64,000 nucleotides of DNA from an uncultured delta proteobacterium (GTDB lineage Bacteria; Desulfobacterota; Desulfobacteria; Desulfobacterales; SG8-13), in assembly GCA_963848135.1 (NCBI GenBank), contig CAWKCK010000018.1:262938-326937 (forward strand). The letters are read 5' to 3'. Below the pieces are notes generated by a model. That model made no database searches, was not told the DNA's origin, and was given only the letters and a program-made list of their open reading frames with translations. This document shows positions 58,256 through 64,000 of the stretch, in pieces; positions within the stretch are counted from its first letter, which is position 1; every line of letters starts with the position of its first letter. The translations under genes were made by a program, and so were the position numbers.

Positions 58256-58631
58256 ATCAAAAATAAATTCAGGCTGTTGGTTATAGATGACAATCAAGAA
58301 ATGCTGGCAGGACTCAGAGAGCGGTAACCAATTCGCAATCGTCACAGCCACTGAAGGGCTGAATGCTCTTCTGAAAATCGAAGCGGCTCAAGAAGGCTTC
58401 GATCTCGTCATCACCGATGTTGGCATGCCCAATATCGGTGGGATCGGCATCATTTCACTCATCAAACAAAGACAGCCGAGTATACCTATCATTGCCATCA
58501 CTGGAACGTTTGCACCTCCTGAACATTCGGCGCAAGAGGCCAATGCAAATGTCATATTGGCAAAGCCATTTGATCTGAACAAACCAATTAAATGGATAAA
58601 GATTCTTCTGGCGGAAAAAATGGGTGATTAG
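58256..58631 (+). pseudogene. Single-domain response regulator (REC), frameshifted near the N-terminus
   Basis: KNKFRLLVIDDNQEML (58259-58327, stops at TAA) is in a different frame from FDLVITDVGMP...IIAITG...LAKPF. No ATG at the expected start (ATC at 58256). Confidence 0.7.
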
Positions 58632-58698
58632 TACAGGTAGGAAAAGTCACTTGCCATAATGCTGCAAGTGAAACCATATTTACGCAGGAATCAGTTCA

Positions 58699-60579
58699 TC
58701 AAGCCAATACTTCGGACAATAATTTGCTTATTTCCGAAATATCAAGCGGTTTAACCAGAAACCCTTTGACAATACCATTGAGACCATTGCCGGAATGTTC
58801 GGATTGTTTCCCACTGCTTTCCGTTAAGGCCACGATCTTTGCACCCGGGTCATTGTCCAATAAGGACCTTAATTGTAATAGATCGTCTTCGCCGAGTTCA
58901 GACGCATCTATCAAAACCACATCCGGTTTTACATTTATATAGTTATTCACCGCATCATTGACAGACTTGGCCCTGGCGGGTCGGTACCCCAAGCATTCGA
59001 GCAAATCACTTGTAGCGGTGTTTAACTCTAACGTATTCTCGATCACAAGTATGGCTTGTCCGGCCCCCATGGTAATGGCCTTACTGCGGACATCACGACT
59101 GTCACCGGCCAAAGGCAATCGAATCTCGAATGTCGTCCCCTTCCGGGTAGAAGATAAGACCGCAACGTCACCATTGTGGCTTTTGATAATGCCGTAGGTT
59201 GTAGAAAGGCCCAAACCGGTACCTTTGCCAACTTCCTTGGTTGTAAAAAATGGGTCGAAGCACCGTTTGGGAATATCACCATCCATCCCTTCACCCGTGT
59301 CCGATATTCGGACCACGGCTGCCCGACCATTGCGTAAGGCATCGATTGTCAGGACACCGCCAGACGGCATGGCATCACCGGCGTTAGTGAACAGATTCAT
59401 AAGGGCCTGACTCAATCCCAGAGAATCCCCGATTATTGGCAGAGAATGACGGATGTTGAGCTGTATTTCTATTTTCGGATTAAATGATTTCCTTATAATT
59501 TGATACGTTTCGGCGATGACGCTGACCAGGTCGAGCGCCACAAGTTCTTTCTTGGTTTCTTTACGGGCGAACTGCATCAGACGCTCCACCAGTTGGGCGC
59601 CGCGTTTGACGGAAATGTCTATCCGGCCCACAAGCTCCTGTAACTCGTTGTCGCTCTGATAATTCTCCTGAATGACCTGACTGTTCACCAGGATTCCCGT
59701 TAAGGTGTTGCGGAAATTATGGGCCACGCCACTGGCTATTGTCCCAATGGCCTCCATTTTTTGAGAATGTTGGAGCTGCATCTCCAAACGTTTGCGCTCG
59801 GTGATATCGGTTATCAGAATAATGCCGCGGTTTTTTTGCGCCTCAACAGTCATATATTTTATCGTGACATGGCGATCGTTCAGCTCTAACGGTTGCGCCT
59901 CGCCGATCTCTACCATCTGTGAATCCGCGGATTCGATCAGATCATAAACCCGCTGGCGTTCATTGACATCGAATAGCTCTTCCGGATTGACAGCCAGTAT
60001 TTTTTCAAGCGGCTGGCCAATGAGGTCGATAGCGGAAGTGTTCGCGTATACAACCGTATTCTCGATAACCTCGAGGATCCCCTCTTCCATGCTCTCCAAT
60101 ATGGCCTGCAAGTGACGGTTGCGTGAGAGCAGTTCCCGCGTCATCTGCCGGGGCGAGACATGCTCAAGACCCATAATTTGTTTTGGTTTACGAGAAGGCG
60201 CTGAGACAGCCGGTCGGCTTGAGTCCTCAACGGCGGCCAACACATGTTGCATTACAGCGGCAAATGGACCTTTTGCAATGAAGGCATCGGCACCGATTTC
60301 ACTGAGATCGGATGACATCTCGGCCACCACAGCCGAAATGACCACTATATAGCAATCTTTCAGATCATCCATCTTGCGGATGATACGACAAAGTTTGTCT
60401 CCGTCGATTTTGGGCAGGATCAGATCGAGGAATATGATATCCGGTGTAAAACCGGTCAATACATTGAGGGCGGAGACGCCGTCTTCAACTGTGGTTACCG
60501 CATGACCGGCAGCCTCCAAGTGCTTAGTGAGGTACTTTAGAAAAACCCTGTCGTCATCGACCAATAGTATCGTCTTCAT
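58699..60579 (-). CDS. Hybrid sensor histidine kinase (REC-PAS-HisKA-HATPase-REC)
   Basis: MKTILLVDDD REC, QHSQKMEAIGTIASGVAHNFRN H-box, NAGDAM, DTGEGM, FDPFFTTK, GTGLGL, C-terminal REC. ATG at 60579 preferred. Confidence 0.93.
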   Translation of the reverse strand: MKTILLVDDDRVFLKYLTKHLEAAGHAVTTVEDGVSALNVLTGFTPDIIFLDLILPKIDGDKLCRIIRKMDDLKDCYIVVISAVVAEMSSDLSEIGADAFIAKGPFAAVMQHVLAAVEDSSRPAVSAPSRKPKQIMGLEHVSPRQMTRELLSRNRHLQAILESMEEGILEVIENTVVYANTSAIDLIGQPLEKILAVNPEELFDVNERQRVYDLIESADSQMVEIGEAQPLELNDRHVTIKYMTVEAQKNRGIILITDITERKRLEMQLQHSQKMEAIGTIASGVAHNFRNTLTGILVNSQVIQENYQSDNELQELVGRIDISVKRGAQLVERLMQFARKETKKELVALDLVSVIAETYQIIRKSFNPKIEIQLNIRHSLPIIGDSLGLSQALMNLFTNAGDAMPSGGVLTIDALRNGRAAVVRISDTGEGMDGDIPKRCFDPFFTTKEVGKGTGLGLSTTYGIIKSHNGDVAVLSSTRKGTTFEIRLPLAGDSRDVRSKAITMGAGQAILVIENTLELNTATSDLLECLGYRPARAKSVNDAVNNYINVKPDVVLIDASELGEDDLLQLRSLLDNDPGAKIVALTESSGKQSEHSGNGLNGIVKGFLVKPLDISEISKLLSEVLA

Positions 60580-60782
60580 TCTCGGTTCCTGCCGCAGAAT
60601 CGATCGCGAAAAATAGGTCTGATACTCTTTAACATTATTAGAATTTTGGGGTGATTGAAGAATCTCCCATAGAGTAACGGACCCGGTACGAAATGCAACG
60701 CAATGCTGATGAGATGCAAAGTGGTCCATTTGCCCTATTAGATCATAATAGGTATTAAAATGAAAAATCAAAGGGCTTGTTG

Positions 60783-63497
60783 TTATTCGTCCGCTGTCAA
60801 GCGGCCTTCTGCGAGCTGCAGCAGGCTGTCTTTCAGGCGTTCGAGAGCGGAGGACAGACTGGCGACCATTTCGGATACCCCGGAAAGGTCACCGGTCCGG
60901 CCTTTTATTTCCAAAATCTGAGCGAGATTGGACGTCTCCTGGGCCTTAAAAAGCCTGACCATGCCCTTGATCGAATGGGCATAACGGCTGAATGCAACAG
61001 CATCTTCGGATGCCAGCATGGCTTTGAGTCCCTCGAGCATCTGCGGGTAATCATTTATAAACAGATCGACGACCTCCCGGAAAAAATCCCAATCCTGATC
61101 AAAGGCTTCGACAATGGCATTTTTATCGATCTCCGGGGGATGATAAGGATCCTGCACCGCTTTCTGTCTGCGTGTGCTCGGTTCGCGCCGGTCGGATATA
61201 TTCTCGCCGATCTGCTTGATAATATCATACAGCTTACCGGAGGAAATGGGTTTAGATAAATATTCGTCCATACCGGCGTCAAGACAACGCTCCCGGTCAC
61301 CCTTGATAGCATGTGCGGTCATTGCAACGATGGGAATATGAGCAATCTTCTCATCACCGGACTCCGCTTTGCGAATGGCCCGCGTCGCCTCATACCCATC
61401 CATCACCGGCATCTGAACATCCATGAGTATCAAGTCAAAATTGTCTTCCGGTAGTTTTTGAAGAACTTGGCGGCCGTTATCCACAATAACCGCTTTGTGG
61501 CCCCAGCGTTCGAGCAACCTTTGGATGAACTTCTGATTGAAGGGGGTATCTTCCGCAACGAGGATGTTCAAGGGCCGGTGCCTGACAAGTTTGTCATTTC
61601 GGAATGATGCGCGATTCTTCGTTGGCACTGTTTGCGGATGGAACGTTTTTGATAGTATTTTAGACAGTTCAGTTGGCCTGACCGGTTTCATCAGTACGTT
61701 GGTGACACCAAGTGCGGCATAATCGATTTTGAGCTGCAAATCAGGATACGTCAACATGGCGAATACCGGTATATTAAAATTCTCCTGTCGACTGATCCAC
61801 TGGGCCAGCTCTATACCGCTTCGATCGGGAAGTGACACGTCTATCAGCACAAAACTATATGGCGGCATGGAGGTGGCACTGCGAAGGATGGTCTGCTTGG
61901 CTTCTTCGGCGCCTAATGCCGCAGCCGGCTTCATACCCCATGACTCAAGAAGATCAATAAGCGCCCTGCAACTCGCACTATTGTCGTCTACAACAAGGGC
62001 CCTCTTCCCCTCAAGAGCTGTATCAATCAATCGATCGACCACACCACTCGTGGGGTCCGTTATTCCCCCGAAACGACAGGTAAAATGAAAGGTGCAGCCT
62101 TTTCCGGGATCACATTGCACCCACATCTCCCCCCCCATCAGTCGCACAAGTTGATCGGAAACAGCCAGGCCAAGACCGGCGCCTCCATATCGGCGCGAGG
62201 TGGCGGCATCAGCCTGAGAAAAAGCCTTGAAAATGTCGCCCAGTTTGTTTTCGGGAATGCCGGGACCGGAGTCGGAAACCGAAATATGAAGCAAGTGATC
62301 GGCCTGCGGGTCTGTTTCACGAACCATATAAACGACCACTTCACCCTTATCGGTAAACTTGTAGGCATTGTCCACCAAGTTGAGCAGAACCTGTCGAAAC
62401 CTCGCAGGATCACCGTGGAGGATTTTGGGGACATTCTGGGCGATACGGCAAATCAGTTCCAATCCTTTCACCTGGCATCTCATGGCCATAATCCGTATCG
62501 ATTCTTCGAGGATCTCCCGCGGGTCGAATGCCGTTTCTTCCAGATCCAGTTTACCGGCTTCAATTTTGGAAAAATCGAGAACATTGTTTATGATGGCCAA
62601 CAGTGCATAGGCGGCCGATATAACAACATCTAGATCTTGCCGCTGTTGCGGCTTGAGATTCGTATCAAGCATCAACTCCACCATGCCAATGATGGAATTG
62701 AGAGGAGTGCGGATCTCATGGCTCATTTTGGCTATGAAATCGCTTTTGGCGCGGTTGGCGGATTCAGCCGATATTTTGGCCCGCAGCAGTGCTTCGGCCT
62801 TTTTGCGCTCGGTAACATCGCGCATGAATCCGCTGAATCCTGTTGTCTTTCCCTTGATGTCCAGTAGCAAGGACACGGAAGACTCAACAAAGCAACGGCT
62901 GCCGTCTTTACGAATGAGTTCCCACCCCAATGACTTCACCGGTTTGCCGGTTTTGAATACTGTTCTAAAGGCGCGCAGAACTCTTTTCCGGCTCTCCGGG
63001 TCCAACGGAATCCGGCTGTCCATCACGGACAACTCCTGCCGGGTATAACCAACTATGTTGCTCATGGCATCGTTGAAAAAGACCAGTTTCCCAGATGTGT
63101 CCACTTCATAGTAACCATCTTCCGTGGTTTCGATAATCGTTCGGTATTTTTCCTCGCTTTCTCTCAATGCTTCTTCGGCAGCCTTGCGCTGGTTGATTGT
63201 GAATTGCGCATGCGATCCGAGAAGTAGTAGCAGAGCCAATATTGTCAGACGCGTCCAAATGACGCTGATGTCCGGGCCAAACAGCCGCCTAAAAAAATCA
63301 ACATCATAGGAAAGAAATATATAAAGCACCGAGTCGAAGATCGTGTAAAATACCGCCAGGGCGATGCCGATCAAGACCATCTGGTCCCATAGGTGAACTC
63401 TAATTTTTGGCTTGTCTATCATCTGGGGCCCAACGGTTGCAGCTCGCAAGGTTTTCATTGAGTGCCTGCCTGATGCGTTGGTTCGGCGTGCTGACAA
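60783..63497 (-). CDS. Membrane hybrid histidine kinase (2 TM-PAS-HisKA-HATPase-REC-REC-Hpt)
   Basis: MSHEIRTPL, GDPARFRQVLLNLVDNAYKFT, YGGAGLGLAVS, LILMDVQMP, Hpt AHSIKG. Start may be 63458 or 63422. Confidence 0.95.
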   Translation of the reverse strand: MSARRTNASGRHSMKTLRAATVGPQMIDKPKIRVHLWDQMVLIGIALAVFYTIFDSVLYIFLSYDVDFFRRLFGPDISVIWTRLTILALLLLLGSHAQFTINQRKAAEEALRESEEKYRTIIETTEDGYYEVDTSGKLVFFNDAMSNIVGYTRQELSVMDSRIPLDPESRKRVLRAFRTVFKTGKPVKSLGWELIRKDGSRCFVESSVSLLLDIKGKTTGFSGFMRDVTERKKAEALLRAKISAESANRAKSDFIAKMSHEIRTPLNSIIGMVELMLDTNLKPQQRQDLDVVISAAYALLAIINNVLDFSKIEAGKLDLEETAFDPREILEESIRIMAMRCQVKGLELICRIAQNVPKILHGDPARFRQVLLNLVDNAYKFTDKGEVVVYMVRETDPQADHLLHISVSDSGPGIPENKLGDIFKAFSQADAATSRRYGGAGLGLAVSDQLVRLMGGEMWVQCDPGKGCTFHFTCRFGGITDPTSGVVDRLIDTALEGKRALVVDDNSASCRALIDLLESWGMKPAAALGAEEAKQTILRSATSMPPYSFVLIDVSLPDRSGIELAQWISRQENFNIPVFAMLTYPDLQLKIDYAALGVTNVLMKPVRPTELSKILSKTFHPQTVPTKNRASFRNDKLVRHRPLNILVAEDTPFNQKFIQRLLERWGHKAVIVDNGRQVLQKLPEDNFDLILMDVQMPVMDGYEATRAIRKAESGDEKIAHIPIVAMTAHAIKGDRERCLDAGMDEYLSKPISSGKLYDIIKQIGENISDRREPSTRRQKAVQDPYHPPEIDKNAIVEAFDQDWDFFREVVDLFINDYPQMLEGLKAMLASEDAVAFSRYAHSIKGMVRLFKAQETSNLAQILEIKGRTGDLSGVSEMVASLSSALERLKDSLLQLAEGRLTADE

Positions 63498-63731
63498 TTA
63501 TTTAAATAAAGGATATCAATTCGGCAAACCACGAGTTGCAGTGCTGCGATAATTGCCCCGGTGGCAATACGTATTTATTTGAGCGCACGGGGGATAATTG
63601 TTGAAACGGAAGGAAAGATCAGCGTATGCAGAACGCAAACTCATTCATGAGGGCGCACGAAGAATTACGGCATTCCATCAAAACACAAGGCCTGTATGAA
63701 TGAGGAAAGATGCCAGACCAGTCCTTACCCT

Positions 63732-63956
63732 TCATCCGCATTTGTAACGGGGGAATCTTCGACGGTCTTCACGGTCACGCCGGTCTTTTTTCGCTCTTCT
63801 TTCCGGAAGGTGAATGGAATATGAATAATTTCTGCGGTCGCCGCCGGACCGTCTGCCGCCGTTGTCCACCATCTTGAATTTTTCATATGGATTGGTGACA
63901 ACCTTTGAAACGCTGGCTACTGTTGACATTAGATGATCCTTTTCAAAACCGGTCAT
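63732..63956 (-). CDS. Small Arg-rich hypothetical protein with (D/E/G)RR repeats
   Basis: AGGA RBS; DNGGRRSGGDRRNYSYSIHLPERRAKKDRRDREDRRR. Confidence 0.65.
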   Translation of the reverse strand: MTGFEKDHLMSTVASVSKVVTNPYEKFKMVDNGGRRSGGDRRNYSYSIHLPERRAKKDRRDREDRRRFPRYKCG

Positions 63957-64000
63957 GTCATGGTCATCCTAAACAGTTCAAAATTAATGCAATTTGCCAA

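Noticed and set aside
57973..58293. 106-aa minus-strand ORF and other short ORFs in 57433-57712
   Set aside because: No recognisable motifs. They lie in the AT-rich regulatory region or overlap real genes.
60580..60771. 64-aa N-terminal extension of the hybrid kinase
   Set aside because: It begins at TTG and is not domain-like; the REC domain starts cleanly at ATG 60579.
855..63309. Numerous 60-180 aa ORFs antisense to or overlapping the long genes
   Set aside because: They are shadow ORFs of well-supported genes with no independent motifs.
1..64000. Exosortase, PEP-CTERM protein, CRISPR array, tRNA or rRNA
   Set aside because: No VPEP-TM-basic C-terminus, exosortase motifs, regular repeat-spacer array or RNA gene signatures were seen. 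The XrtA association rests only on family resemblance of the EPS genes.

Overview
Bacterial DNA, most likely a sulfate-reducing Desulfobacterota (Desulfosarcina/Desulfobacteraceae-like; inferred from gene content and repeat style, not proven). About 57.5 kb (1-57750) is one very large, mostly minus-strand Wzx/Wzy-type exopolysaccharide locus of the XrtA/PEP-CTERM-associated type. It starts at a sigma-54 promoter and runs through an atypical enhancer-binding protein, a split Wzz/Wzc co-polymerase and tyrosine kinase, a priming sugar transferase, Wza, an outer-membrane beta-barrel and a deacetylase. About 16 glycosyltransferases, Wzx and Wzy follow, along with an unusually rich set of tailoring genes: a sulfotransferase, two acyltransferases, two methyltransferases, an AsnB-like amidotransferase, two GH20-like hydrolases, a nucleotidyltransferase-kinase fusion, a nickel-pincer LarA-family epimerase and a polyprenol-linked GT2/GT-C/flippase module that includes an apparent GT2 pseudoenzyme. 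A divergent secreted beta-helix gene with its own sigma-54 promoter, an intact IS256 and a broken IS630 interrupt the cluster. Several MITE-like palindromic elements lie between genes, including a perfect 56-bp palindrome. The right end carries two hybrid histidine kinases and a small DRR-repeat protein. Several genes have single-base frameshifts that may be assembly errors. No exosortase, PEP-CTERM protein, rRNA, tRNA or CRISPR array was seen.
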